This document shows positions 10,899 to 23,127 of a stretch of DNA of 64,000 nucleotides, piece by piece. A program made the translations under genes and the position numbers. The DNA comes from Octopus bimaculoides (lineage: Eukaryota): assembly GCF_001194135.2 (NCBI RefSeq), contig NC_068987.1:10970944-11034943 (forward strand), given 5' to 3'. A model generated the notes under the pieces. That model was not told the DNA's origin. It made no database searches and saw nothing but the letters and a program-made list of their open reading frames with translations. Numbering within the stretch: position 1 is the stretch's first letter; every line of letters begins with the position of its first letter.

Positions 10899-11639
10899 GT
10901 ATGTTTATTTTAATGTTGTTGATATGAGTTATCTACACAGCGCAGCATGTTATCAAAAACAGTAAGTGTATAAGACTAGAGTTCAAATCAAGCTGGCACC
11001 CTTTTTTTTTTTTTTCTCTTGGAGAGAATGAATTAATACTGATGCTATAGTATGGTGGATTCTATTAACTATAACACCTCACCATTACAGAAGTTAGCAT
11101 TTTGCTTTGTTTACACGAAACATCATTTTATCTATTTGTATCTTTTCCACTTTAATAAGCGCATAAATATTGTAATTGTGGTGATATATTCTGGTATTTT
11201 AATGGATTTAGAGAGGAAAGCTAATAAAATTCTTCAACATTTATTATTGTTTTCTCTTCTGTGAAACAATCTCTCTTCTGCAAACAGATATTGTTGCATG
11301 ATGGTAGTTTGATTTCTGAAAGAGACTCAGCACACATCACACGCATACACACATACACATGTACACTTGCACACACATTCATTTTCACTCTCTCTCTCTC
11401 TCTTATCTCATGTTATAGTTGACATGCAAGAACAAAATATTAGGGTTAAAATTATACAATGAAATGTGGCACATTACCTGCCAACAGATGGAAAACATTA
11501 TACTTGGAGATTGTATGAAGACGTTTGCACGGTTGTTCTATCAACATTATGGTATTAACATTGGAAAATAGCTTTTAGACTGTAAGCTAAGACTTTTTGT
11601 GCGACTGTTGTTATTATTATCATTATTATTATTATTATT

Positions 11640-12140
11640 GTCTAACGCTGGAGACGTACTATGGTGTCAGCTGTTCACTACCAGTGAACTAAGGTAACAC
11701 CTCTTATTTTGCGAGCACCGTCCAAAGTATTCGAGCGGTTCCAAGCAGTGCTGTTTTCTGCAAGTGCTCCACCCTTATTGCAGCCCCTATTTGTTCCATG
11801 CACTTCTCAAGATTTTTGCTCATCGTTCCCAGGGCTCCGACAATTATTGGTACTTCTGCTACATTTTTCATCGACCACAACTACTTCACCTCCCAAGCTA
11901 ACCTGTCATATCTATCAACTTTTCTCTCTTCCTTATTGCATACCTTGTTGTCAGCTGGACATGCTATATCTATGATCCAGCATAGTTTGTTTTCTTTCTC
12001 AATTAACACTATGTCTGGCTTCCTAGTCTCTATCTCATGGTCGCACTGAATCATAAAATCCCATAGGATCTTTGCATTTCTATTTTCGACGATGCCGTCA
12101 GGTTTGTGGTCATACCAATTTTTTGCTCTGTCAAGTCCGT
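11640..12140 (-). mobile_element. R4/Dong-like non-LTR retrotransposon 3' end (restriction-like endonuclease domain plus 3' UTR), 5'-truncated
   Basis: 11704-12138 translates GLDRAKNWYDHKPDGIVENRNAKILWDFMIQCDHEIETRKPDIVLIEKENKLCWIIDIACPADNKVCNKEERKVDRYDRLAWEVK*LWSMKNVAEVPIIVGALGTMSKNLEKCMEQIGAAIRVEHLQKTALLGTARILWTVLAK*; PD..D REL motif; one internal TAG (11881-11883); 3' end runs into (AAT)n. Confidence 0.9.
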
Positions 12141-12203
12141 ACTACTACTACTACTGCTACTGCTGCTGCTGCTACTACTACTACTAATATTATTATTATT
12201 ATT

Positions 12204-12305
12204 GCCTATGCACAGCTTCTAACACTGGAGATGTACTACAGTGTCCTCTGTTCACCACCAGTGGACTAAAGTAACACCTCTTTGTTTTCTACAATTGCTT
12301 CATCC
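12204..12305 (-). mobile_element. Second Dong-like copy, 3' UTR only, related subfamily
   Basis: tctaacactggagatgtactacagtgtcctctgttcaccaccagtggactaaagtaacacctc aligns with 11641-11703; TTA arrays on both sides. Confidence 0.8.
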
Positions 12306-12313
12306 TTATTGCA

Positions 12314-12350
<37 letters not shown>

Positions 12351-13002
12351 GTTGTTGTTAATCATTTTCTTTTTGCTTGCTTGCATTAAGTGCAAGAATA
12401 AATACGGCCTGTTGCAATGGCTTTGTGTAAAAGGGAAAATTAGAGTAATATGTTTTAGTCGATGCCATTCTCAAGAACGTTAGTTGCATAAATAAAATTG
12501 AAATAGTCCACCAGTGGGAATTGAAACATCAGTCACTGATTCAGTTCACTTGTTTCGTACTTTACAACACTCATCACAGATGGATGGCTATTAAAGGATA
12601 AATAAGAGGGCTCCATCTCATCTCCAGAAACAAGCTGCTGGCCAAATCAAATCCTGACTGAAGAAAGAGGTGGCAGGACAAGGTAGAGGTGGTGGGGAAG
12701 AGTTTGCATTGACCATTATTAGTAAGAAGCGAAGCATGAAAATATTGTTATCGGCTTGAGTTATGGAAGCATGTCTCTTTCTCCATTATGGAACACAATT
12801 TTACCACCTAATTTGTGGTTGGAGATGTTCTGTGTTCTCTGACATGATGGTTTTGTTGCTAACAGCAATCCTGTGTCAGTTCTTCAGACCCTTTATCGCT
12901 GCATCATCAATGTTGGTTTTTCTACTTTTAGTTAACATTGACTGTTCTCTTCTACTGGTGCCAGCCTTCACTGCTGTGTATATTCTGTGTATATATTCTA
13001 AG

Positions 13003-13150
13003 GGAGCATGGCCTAGTGGTTAGGGTTTTGTATTCAGGATCACAACATCATGGTTTCGATTTCCAGGTTGAACAGTGCTTTGTGTTCTTAAACAAGACTC
13101 TTCATTTCACATTGCTCTGTGACCGCTTCAGTATCCAATGCGTGTAGCAC
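13003..13150 (+). mobile_element. Family F tRNA-derived SINE head; also 44242-44375 and 60751-60860
   Basis: tggcctagtggttaggg (A box)...ggtttcgatttcc (B box)...gtgttctt(a/g)a(a/g)caagac...tttcacattgc. Confidence 0.7.
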
Positions 13151-13301
13151 ATTAAAATCCTTTCTTGCTATAGACACAAAGCCTGAAATCTGAGGGTGTG
13201 GGTCAGTTGATTCCGCTGGGGGTCGACTTTGCTTTTCATTGTTTCAGGCTCAACAACTGGATGAACAAAAAAAAAAGAAAAAGGTCACTGTGGAATAAGA
13301 T

Positions 13302-13465
13302 CAGGTGTGGTCCCAGGAATTTTTTGAAGTGAGGGCACAAGGTCAGAAGGGAATAACAATTCCAGGAGAAAAAGGGCGTAATAACATTATTTAGAAGGGC
13401 TCACTTCCTTTCTTGAGCAGGAGGGCATGCCCCTCAGGCATTCATCGTCCTTGGGTCCACCCCTG
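13302..13465. mobile_element. Short MITE with CAGG-starting TIRs
   Basis: Left caggtgtggtcccagga, right reverse complement caggggtggacccaagga; AAGAT on both flanks. Confidence 0.6.
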
Positions 13466-13659
13466 AAGATGGCCTTGTTTAGAAATACAAAATACTTTCC
13501 CTGGATTTGAATTTGTTAGGGGTCATGATGGGGCTACAAAACAGGTTTATTAGCACTGTTTTTTTTTACCGTAATCTTCTAAAAATGAAAAAGAAAACGA
13601 TGCTGAAGAGGATTAACCTCTGTAAAATACATAACCAGTTAGTCACAGAGTTGACAGGT

Positions 13660-13830
13660 TGACCATTAGGTTCTACCCACTAGAAATAGCAGCCAAATCT
13701 TCCTCAAATTATACTCTGCTGTTATATAAAAAAGAAGGGCATATTGGATAATGTACAACTGGATGGTCTTCATTGGAATGTCTTTTGGTCATAGGAGGTC
13801 TGCTCAGTCAGGGTTAAGTTGGAAGTAAAA
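13660..13830 (+). mobile_element. Unclassified interspersed repeat (ctagaaatagcagccaaatc family); also ~18070-18113, 46180-46380 (-), 60960-61195
   Basis: Shared ctagaaata(g/a)cagc(c/t)aa(a/t)t...cattgga(t/c)aatgta...ggggttaa; CAA-type tail in two copies. Confidence 0.55.
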
Positions 13831-13914
13831 AGGAAGGAAAAAAAAATAACAGCGGCATTTTAGGTTGTTATTTTACTAATTAGTTACTCTTATTGCCTCA
13901 GATATATTAAAGCG

Positions 13915-14144
13915 ATGATGACGATGGTGATGGTGTTGGTGATGATGATGATGATGATGGTAGGTGGTGGTGTGGTGGTGGTGGTAGTGATGGTGATGGA
14001 CTTGGTGGGGATGATGATGGTGCTCATGATGATGATGATGGTGATGATGATTGATGTATAGAAATGGTAAATTGCTTCCAGGAAAACTGCTTAGAAATTG
14101 TAAGTTCCTAACTATCAAGGAGGAGGAGGAAATAAATAAATGGT

Positions 14145-14194
<50 letters not shown>

Positions 14195-14195
14195 G
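13915..14195. repeat. Compound trinucleotide microsatellite (GAT/GGT/GAG/CAG/TAG)
   Basis: Directly visible runs. Confidence 0.95.
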
Positions 14196-14864
14196 AAAAG
14201 GTGAGTGGAGGGAGGAAGTATGGGACATCACTCATCCTCCCTAAAAGCCCTTTGACCTAAAAACCCCTTCCACGCCCTTTTCTTATCAAAAGGTTTATCA
14301 ACTGACTTAGCTGCAGACTGAAAATTCTGGTCTATGTAGTTAATGGACATTTGGAATGATATGGTGGGTGATTAAACCACACAAGTATTATGTTAATTCT
14401 AATTGTTTAAACCAGTCATAGGCAACGTGCAGCTCAAAGGACTTCCTGATAGAAAATTACCTTGCATTTTGGACCATTTTGCACCTGTGGAAATTTTAAA
14501 GTTTTGTGAAAATTTTAAAATTTGGTGTATTGATGTAATTTTCCATGCTGAATCTCAGGAGATATTTCACTTTTTCTTGAGAAATTTTTTTAAAAAGTTA
14601 GTTACAGAGGTTTAAAGTTTGATAATTTTTACTTAGTCAGAAAACAGGATTTGGAAGCTGTCATTTTGTGTGAGACTGCGTGTGTTGTCGACTGTAAATA
14701 AATGACCACCTCATATCTCAATTTTGGGGAGGGGGCCCAGTCGATGTGAACTGAAAAGACTGGGGTGTGACTTATGCACGAGTGAATACGGTGTACACAC
14801 ACACCCGAAACATTCCTGTAGAGATACACAGCAGACTAACATAAAATGTGAGCGAAAACAATGC

Positions 14865-15245
14865 TTCCGTGGTTGTGTGGTACAAAAGTTTGCTTCCCAA
14901 CTGCACGGTTCCGGGTTCCGTTTCAGTGCGCAGCGCTTTGGGCAAGTTCCTTTTACCATAACCGCGGACCGATCAAAGCCTTGTGAATGGATTTGATAAA
15001 CGGAAACTGAAAGAAGCCCGTCGTATATATATACGTGTGTGTTTCTGTCTGTGTACCCCTCCACGCTTGACAATCGGTGTTGGCGTGTTTACGTCCCCGT
15101 GACCTAACGGTCAGCAAAACAGAGCTTATAGATTAAGTACCGGACTTAAAAGAATAAGTCCTGGGTTCGATTCGTTCGACTAAAAATCTTCAAGGCGGTG
15201 CCCCAGCATGGCCGCAGCCTAATGACTGAAACAAGTAAAAGATAA
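14865..15245 (+). mobile_element. Family A SINE, diverged but CpG-rich
   Basis: ggttgtgtggtacaaaagtttgcttcccaactgcacggttccggg...cggaaactgaaagaagcccgtcg...cagcatggccgcagcctaatgactgaaacaag. Confidence 0.85.
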
Positions 15246-15319
15246 AAAAAGATAACAAAACAAATGCTTATAAAATCCATTCCATTTTTATTTCTGTGTC
15301 ATTTATCCATCGGACATTT

Positions 15320-15475
15320 ACGACCCTTTGCGTTCCCCAACGGAGTTAGCTTTGCTATTCATCCCTTCTCCGGGTCTATTAAATAAATAACCTAGCAGTG
15401 GAGTACTATGGGCGATTTAATCGTCTGTGTATCTCCCCCTTAAGTGTATAGCCTTGTGCTATTGTCGGAAATCGA
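15320..15475 (+). mobile_element. Family C SINE, diverged
   Basis: agctttgctattcatcccttctccgggtctattaaataaataacc...gccttgtgc. Confidence 0.6.
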
Positions 15476-16273
15476 TATCGTATGCTTCGATGATGGTTGC
15501 ATTATAGTGGATTGATTTTTATTTTGTTTTTTCGCTCACACATGCATGCACATGGAGTCGGTATCGCAGTCTTTGGAATGTGCCCTTACTACATGTATAG
15601 TANNNNNNNNNNNNNNNNNNNNNNNNNNNNNNNNNNNNNNNNNNNNNNNNNNNNNNNNNNNNNNNNNNNNNNNNNNNNNNNNNNNNNNNNNNNNNNNNNN
15701 NNNNNNNNNNNNNNNNNNNNNNNNNNNNNNNNNNNNNNNNNNNNNNNNNNNNNNNNNNNNNNNNNNNNNNNNNNTATATATAGGATCGTTGGCGTGTATT
15801 CATTCACACATTCCACATTTGATGGTGCCAGGGTAAAAACGTCATATCTAAACATATGCAAGCGCACACAGACATATAGAAGAAGAAAAAATAATAATAA
15901 TGATAATATAATAAACAAATGTGCAGTCGTTCATAGTACAAAAGAAAAGGTCAGACTCTATAAAGATTAAACTATGTTGCTGACCTGGGAAAAAAAGAAG
16001 AGGAAAATGACAAAACAAGACAAAAAGTTTCCTCCCCGCCAAGAGATGTACGGTATGTGAAGAGTAGACAGTACCGTTGGTTCATTTGGTTTTTCTGCTG
16101 TTTTGATATATACATATATATATAATGTGTGTGTGTGTGTCTACGTCTTATAGGATGCTGTGTCTATGCATGTGTGTGTGTGTGTGCTGTTTTGATAAAT
16201 ATAATAGGTATATATGTTTGTGAGTGCATACGTGTGGATATAAATATATATATATGTGAGTGCATACGTGTGG

Positions 16274-16324
<51 letters not shown>

Positions 16325-17562
16325 GAGAGAAAGATGGGAGACAGCTAACAGTAAGAACAAGAGAAAGAATTTAGATGGAAAGAAATAGCCAGGGTGAAGG
16401 TTTGAATAAGATGACGATGATGATGATGATGATGGCATTAGTAGTAGTAGTAGTAGTAGTTGTAGTTGCAGCAGCAGTAGCACCGCAACAGTAGTGGTGG
16501 CGGCGGCGGCGGCGGCAAAAAGTACTGATTTACTTTTTCTGTGTCTATAAATAAATATTCCTCTGGCTTAGATAGAACTAGAGGTGCTTTACAGAGAGAG
16601 AGAGAGGAATAAACCTTACAGTAAAACTGTTTTAATATATATATATATATATATAAGCCCTGATGTATATCTCTTATTCTCTCTCTCTCTCTCCTTGTAA
16701 ATGCATGCTTTTCTAAGCCTTAGCCGCCTCCCCTCTCTCTCTCTCTCTCTCTCTCTTCTTTGACCCCCCCCCCTCTATCAATCTCACCAAGCTGCATGTT
16801 CTTCAAGTTTGTTATTCTGCTAGTTCATTGAGTGGAGCAAGGTTTTTTTTTTGTCTTCTTCAAAAGCTCTTTCTCTCTCTCTCTCTTCTCTTCTGTCTTT
16901 CTCTTTTCTTTTTTAAAATTATTTATTTCTTTTTTACAAGATATTTTTTTTGTCTGTCTGCCTCTCTCNNNNNNNNNNNNNNNNNNNNNNNNNNNNNNNN
17001 NNNNNNNNNNNNNNNNNNNNNNNNNNNNNNNNNNNNNNNNNNNNNNNNNNNNNNNNNNNNNNNNNNNNNNNNNNNNNNNNNNNNNNNNNNNNNNNNNNNN
17101 NNNNNNNNNNNNNNNNNNNNNNNNNNNNNNNNNNNNNNNNNNNNNNNNNNNNNNNNNNNNNNNNNNNNNNNNNNNNNNNNNNNNNNNNNNNNNNNNNNNN
17201 NNNNNNNNNNNNNNNNNNNNNNNNNNNNNNNNNNNNNNNNNNNNNNNNNNNNNNNNNNNNNNNNNNNNGAGAGCTTGTTGTATGTAAACTTTATTCTTAA
17301 CTGCGAAGACAACAACTTATCCAGGTCTGATCATTTTTCCTTCTTTCTTTCTCTCTCTCTCTCATTTTTACTAAAATCACTGTGCGCGCGCGCGTACGTG
17401 AGTGTATGTGTTCGTGCGTACGCGCGCGCGTGTGTGTGTGAGAACTACGACTGTTCTGACAAGTTCTTCCTATTTCGCTCATGTTTTCTTTATGTTCCTT
17501 TTTACTCTTTTCTTTTCCTTTCTTCACTCCACGTTGTCAATCGCCAACAATTTTCCTCTGCG

Positions 17563-17600
<38 letters not shown>

Positions 17601-17839
17601 GCACTTGTTCCCCCCCCCTGTTTTTTTTCCATTTTCCTTCCTTCCTTGCAACATAAAAACTTATTCCACTAGCTTTCTTTTTGTTTTTCCTCAATTCAAA
17701 ACTTTAAATAATTTTCCGTGTATTAAATGTATGTTTATTATCGACACAAATGTCACCTCGCCGAGATATTACAACAAAATATATATATATATCAACCGGT
17801 TCACATCAAGAACTTACAAACCAAACAAAAATGAAATAT

Positions 17840-18470
17840 TCTTGTGAGTGGATTTCGTAGACGGAAACTGAAAGAAGCCCGTCGTATATATGTGAATATA
17901 TATATGTATATATATATATATATATAGGTAGAGATGGACTATATGTAATCTGAACCTCCCCCCCCTTATTTATTAATTTTTTTAACGGAATCCCACGTTT
18001 TAGGCTATGGAGCTTCCGATTCTGAAAAAAAAATTTTTGGAAAATTTCACTCCCCCCCCCCACCAAGCAGGCTATTTACATGCTAGAAATAACAGCCAAA
18101 TCTCACAAAACTANNNNNNNNNNNNNNNNNNNNNNNNNNNNNNNNNNNNNNNNNNNNNNNNNNNNNNNNNNNNNNNNNNNNNNNNNNNNNNNNNNNNNNT
18201 TCTTGTGAGTGGATTTCGTAGACGGAAACTGAAAGAAGCCCGTCGTATATATGTGAATATATATATGTATGTATGTGTGTCTGTATTTGTCCCCCCAACA
18301 TCGTTTAACAACCGATGCTGGTGTATTTACGTCCTCGTAACTTAGCGGTTCGGCAAAAGAGACCGATAGTATAAGTACTAGGCTTACAAAGAATAAGTCC
18401 TGGGGTCGATTTGCTCGACTAAAGGCGGTGCTCCAGCATGGCCACAGTCAAATAACTGAAACAAGTAAAA
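17840..18470 (+). mobile_element. 5'-truncated family A SINE, with its start duplicated on both sides of a gap
   Basis: ttcttgtgagtggatttcgtagacggaaactgaaagaagcccgtcgtatatatgtgaatat identical at ~17840 and ~18200. Confidence 0.8.
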
Positions 18471-19092
18471 GGTCGCAGTGTATATTTCAGCAAAAATATA
18501 TACATTCAATGCCCGGTCAATTCTTCTATACTAGGAGACAAAATTCATTTGTTTCATTTACTGTGTGACAACCATATCAGTTGGCGACAGCTTTTTCATC
18601 TCACCTTACATATTATTAAAGAATTTCACTATACATCTTCCCGATTTCCACAGATTTTAAAAACGCGACAAAATGCTGCACATATTTCTCATAACAAACA
18701 GTCGATTTCTTGCCTGGGACTAATTCAACCCGGCTTTTCCGGCGTATTTCGATAATATATTAGATAGGAACCATCATCATCATAAAAGGTGCTAAAAGCG
18801 TTGGTGACCTGGTTTTCTTTTAAGTAAATTATTGTTAATTCTTATAAATCTTGTTTAATGCTGTTTCTGTTACCGATCTCATTCGTATTGGTCGAGTGAC
18901 CAGACGGAATAATGCTGGTTTCTAGGGGAGATGGGTTCAGCTTTTATCTTGCAAACGTGTGTGTGTGTGTGTGTGTGTTATAACTGCAGTTTGGTGTAGT
19001 TATAATCCCTACTTTTGTTTCATAACTTTCTGAAAATATGTATGTATAATGGGTATGTTCAATTTTATAGGACTATGTAATGGGGCTGTGTT

Positions 19093-19385
19093 GAGGCGCA
19101 GGCGTGGCTGTGTGGTAAGAAGCTTGCTTCCCAACCATATGGTTCTGGGTTCAGTCCCACTGCGTGGCAAGTATCTTCTGAAAGAAGCCCGTCGTATATA
19201 TATATATATGTGTATATATTTGTGTGTATATTTGTGTGTGCTTCTTCCGACGTTGGTGTGTTTGCGTCCCCGTAACGTGGCGGTTCGCTAAAAGAATATG
19301 TCCTCAGGGTCGATTTCTTCGACTAAGAGAACCCTTGAAAGCAGTGCTGCAGCATGGCCGCAGTCAAATGACTGAAGCAAGTAAA
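19093..19385 (+). mobile_element. Family A SINE with internal deletion of the core
   Basis: ggcgcaggcgtggctgtgtgg...gcgtggcaagt|atcttctgaaagaagcccg... Confidence 0.85.
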
Positions 19386-19828
19386 ATTCTACCTGGCACC
19401 AGCATTATATTATGGTTTCGCCTGGGCATAGAGATACTAATAACTTGATATTTATAGAACTCAATATATATATATATATATGTATATGCACATATGCTTT
19501 GGAATAAAGTGTTAAATGAGTACAGAGCTTAATATGAAATTAGAGAAACAACAAGGGAATAGGAATTATGTGATTATATCAATTAGGTTACTGCTGTATG
19601 CTCAGAGCTGAGGAAGTTATGAAGTTATTCACAGGCACTCTGCTCTGAGTTCCCTGCATCTTTTAGCAGAAACAGCTGTAAGCCAATGAAGTTGATTATG
19701 TAGATCCTGTTCCTTTATTAATTCTTTCATTTCATGTGTGTATAAGTATATAAGTATATGTGTGTGTTTGTGTATCTATATATGTGTGTGTGTGTGTGTA
19801 TATATATATATGTGTGTGTGTATATATA

Positions 19829-19873
<45 letters not shown>

Positions 19874-20179
19874 ATCTATGTATATACATGCATATGTATT
19901 AGACTACTGTTTTTCCAGTTTGAAGTCACTGAGAACTAATAGTAAGAAAAAGAAGAAAAAAAAAAAAAGAAAAATTACCAAGTTGAAGAAAAAGTCCAAG
20001 AACTGAAAACCAGCTTTAATTAGACTGCAACAGTTAACTATTGTATATGATTGTTAATTATAGAGTGTTTTTGATTGAAAGAATAGCAAGCAATTTAAGG
20101 AGTCTTCATTATTCGTTTGTGTTTCTCTAGCAGTTGATTTCTGTTACTGACTCGATTTAATAGTCGAAGATTATTATTA

Positions 20180-20236
<57 letters not shown>

Positions 20237-20401
20237 GTTGTCGTTGAAGATTTTGTTTCAATTTGTTTTTAACTCTGCTAACTTTTTGACAGAAGTCTTT
20301 TTTAGTCTTTTTAAAGACTTTTTAATTTTTTTTTTTTAGTTTTTAACTTCTTGTTCTAGTTTTGAGAATTGCAGCCTTCCTTACAATTTACAGGATTTGG
20401 C

Positions 20402-20434
<33 letters not shown>

Positions 20435-20504
20435 CGTCATCAACATCATCATCATGATTAATGCTATAGGTTTGTTTTTTTATTGATCCTTTGGTGTTTA
20501 TCTT

Positions 20505-20860
20505 CCACTTGTCTCAGTCATTAGACTGTGGCCATGCTGGGGCAATGCTTTGAAGACCTTTTAGTCAAATGAATTGACTCCAATACATATTTTTTTAAAG
20601 CTTGGTACTTATTCTATCGGTCGCTTTTGCTGAACTGCTAAGTTATGGTAGTGTATACGCGCCAACATTAGATAGAAATTGAAAGAAGCCCATTGCTTGT
20701 TTGTACCTGTGTTTGTATCATATTTGTCCCTCACCACCACTTGACAACTGGTGCTAGTTTGTTTACATCCATGTAACTTAGCAGTTCAACAAAAGGAGAA
20801 TGTTAAAATAAGTGCTGATTTGTTTGAATAAATCCTCGAAGGTGCTACCCCAACATTACA
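20505..20860. mobile_element. Two family A tails back to back (20505-20665 minus, 20675-20860 plus)
   Basis: gactgtggccatgctggggc...ctgctaagttat then gatagaaattgaaagaagccc...gctaccccaacat. Confidence 0.7.
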
Positions 20861-20992
20861 AAATGAAATAAGAAAAAAATTCATTTTTAATTGGCAAAAA
20901 TTTAATATTATCACTAATAAATATTTTCAGAGAAAAAAAATACGAGATAAGCTCTAGAAATAGTTGAAAATTAGTGCTTCATGTTTGCAGAT

Positions 20993-21296
20993 TCATCATC
21001 GTTTAACGTCCGCTTTCCATGCTAGCATGGGTTGGACAATTTGACTGAAGACTGGCGAACCAGATGGCTACACCAGGCTCCAATCTGATTTAGGCAGAGT
21101 TTCTACAGCTGGATGCCCTTCCTAACGCCAACTACTCTGAGAGTGTAGTGGGTGCTTTTACGTGCCACTGGCATGAGGGCCAGTCAGGCAGTACTGGCAA
21201 TGGCCACGCTCAAAATGGTGTTTTTTACATGCCACCTGCACAGGAGCCAGTCCAGTGGCACTGGCAACGACCTCACTCGAATGCTTTTTCACATGC
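20993..21296 (-). mobile_element. RTE 3' UTR fragment (family D)
   Basis: catcatcatcgtttaacgtccgctttccatgctagc...ggatgcccttcctaacgccaac. Confidence 0.85.
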
Positions 21297-21532
21297 NNNN
21301 NNNNNNNNNNNNNNNNNNNNNNNNNNNNNNNNNNNNNNNNNNNNNNNNNNNNNNNNNNNNNNNNNNNNNNNNNNNNNNNNNNNNNNNNNNNNNNNNNNNN
21401 NNNNNNNNNNNNNNNNNNNNNNNNNNNNNNNNNNNNNNNNNNNNNNNNNNNNNNNNNNNNNNNNNNNNNNNNNNNNNNNNNNNNNNNNNNNNNNNNNNNN
21501 NNNNNNNNNNNNATGGATTTTAAAAGAAATTG

Positions 21533-21905
21533 CATAGGCGTGGCTGTGTTGTAAGAAGTTTGCTTCCCAACCACATGGTTCCAGGTTCAGTCCTACTGCA
21601 TGGCACCTTGAGGGTAAAAGAAAAAGTGTCTTGTACTGTAGTTTTGGGCCGACCAAAGCCTTGTGAGTGGATTTGGTAGACGGAAACTGAAAGATGCCTG
21701 TCATATATATGCACATATATATATATGTTTGTGTGTCTGTGTTTGTGCCCCCAACATCACTTGACAACTGATGCTGGTGTGTTTACGTCCCTGTAACTGA
21801 TAGAATAAGTACTAGGCTTACAAAGAATAAGTCCTAGGGTCAATTTGCTCGACTAAAGCAGTGCTCCAGCATGGCCACACTCACATTAACTGAAACAAGT
21901 AAAAG
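21533..21905 (+). mobile_element. Family A SINE, full length
   Basis: ataggcgtggctgtgttgtaagaag...cagcatggccacac...gaaacaagtaaaag. Confidence 0.85.
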
Positions 21906-22072
21906 AGTAAAGCGTATACACACACATACATATATATATGTATATACATACATACATATATACAAATACACACACATGCATACATACATATATATGTATA
22001 TACACACACAGGCACACATATTTATATACACACAGACACACACCTAGATTTGCTCTTCTCTTGTCCTTGCAG

Positions 22073-22269
22073 AGAAGATTATATTTTCATCTGACAGCGC
22101 TCATGTTTTGAACACATAACGTTCTGTAAATATAAACATTAGCAACTGACAGATGGAAGACTATAATATTAATGTATCTGGGAGGGGATGAAGAAAGCAA
22201 TGTTATTAGATGCGTGCGTTGTGTGCACCAATGGTTGTATATGCACGGGAGATGCTTTACTTTGGGGTG
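22073..22269 (+). other. Candidate exon (5' UTR or coding status unclear)
   Basis: Strong acceptor tgctcttctcttgtccttgcag| and donor gtg|gtaagt; 5' part closed in all frames; 3' part open as MYLGGDEESNVIRCVRCVHQWLYMHGRCFTLG or MKKAMLLDACVVCTNGCICTGDALLWG. Confidence 0.2.
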
Positions 22270-22459
22270 GTAAGTTAGCAAAATTATTGCACGTGTGTGT
22301 ATTGCTTTTTAGTCTCTGTGTGTGTGTGATATGCTATAAGCACAAAGGACTACTACATCTCCACGCATCATCACGCATTTGGTTTTATTCAATGCTTACT
22401 GATCAGTTTTGACAGGAGCTTTACTGTAACTGTTTGTATGCGTGTGTGTTTGCATGTGG

Positions 22460-22825
22460 TAGGAGTGGCTGTGTGGTAAGAAGCTTGCTTAACAAGCACA
22501 TGGTTTTACGGTTCAGTCCCACTGCGTGGCACCTTGGGCAAGTGTCTTCTACTATAGCCTCGGGCCGACCAAAGCCTTGTGAGTGGATTTGATAGATGGA
22601 AACTGAAAGAAGCCCGTCATATATATATATATATAGATAGATAGATAGATAGATAGATATAGATATGTATATATGTTTGTGTCTGTGTTTGTTCCCCCAC
22701 CATTACTTGACAACCGATGTTGTTGTGTTTATGTCCCTATATCTTAGCGGTTTGGCAAAGGAGACCGATAGAATAAGTACTAGGCTTACAAAGAGTAAGT
22801 TCTGGGATCGCTTTGTTTGACTAAA
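22460..22825 (+). mobile_element. Family A SINE
   Basis: ggagtggctgtgtggtaagaagc...ccttgggcaagtgtcttctactatagcctcgggccg... Confidence 0.9.
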
Positions 22826-22964
22826 GTGATAAATATGCAAAGGCAATTTACTTAATATTTATTTTTCACTGACGTTATTACTGTTATTTCTTTATTTTCT
22901 GCAAACAAAGTGCACAAAAAAGCTACACATTTGCATTATGTTATATATACAATAATAATAAAGG

Positions 22965-23127
22965 ACCTTACACTCTCAGAGTGGTTGGCGTTAGGAAGGG
23001 CATCCAGCTGTAGAAACTCTGCTAAATCAGATTGGAGCCTGGTGCAGCCACCTGGTTCACCAGCCCTCAGTCAAATCATCCAGCCCATGGTAGCATGGAA
23101 AGTGGACATTAAACGATGATGATGATG
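22965..23127 (+). mobile_element. RTE 3' UTR fragment (family D); further copies at 24480-24625, 26170-26490, 42780-43230, 49177-49442 (+) and 58545-58720 (-)
   Basis: cactctc(a/g/t)gagtggttgg(c/t)gtta(g/a)gaagggca(t/c)ccag(c/t)tgtagaaactctg...gttaaacgatgatgat. Confidence 0.85.

Noticed and set aside
13876-14235. Poly-His/Tyr/Cys ORF
   Set aside because: Compound trinucleotide microsatellite with no splice or domain support
17840-18270. Apparent tandem duplication of a SINE start
   Set aside because: Identical copies on either side of a gap; probably an assembly or haplotype artefact
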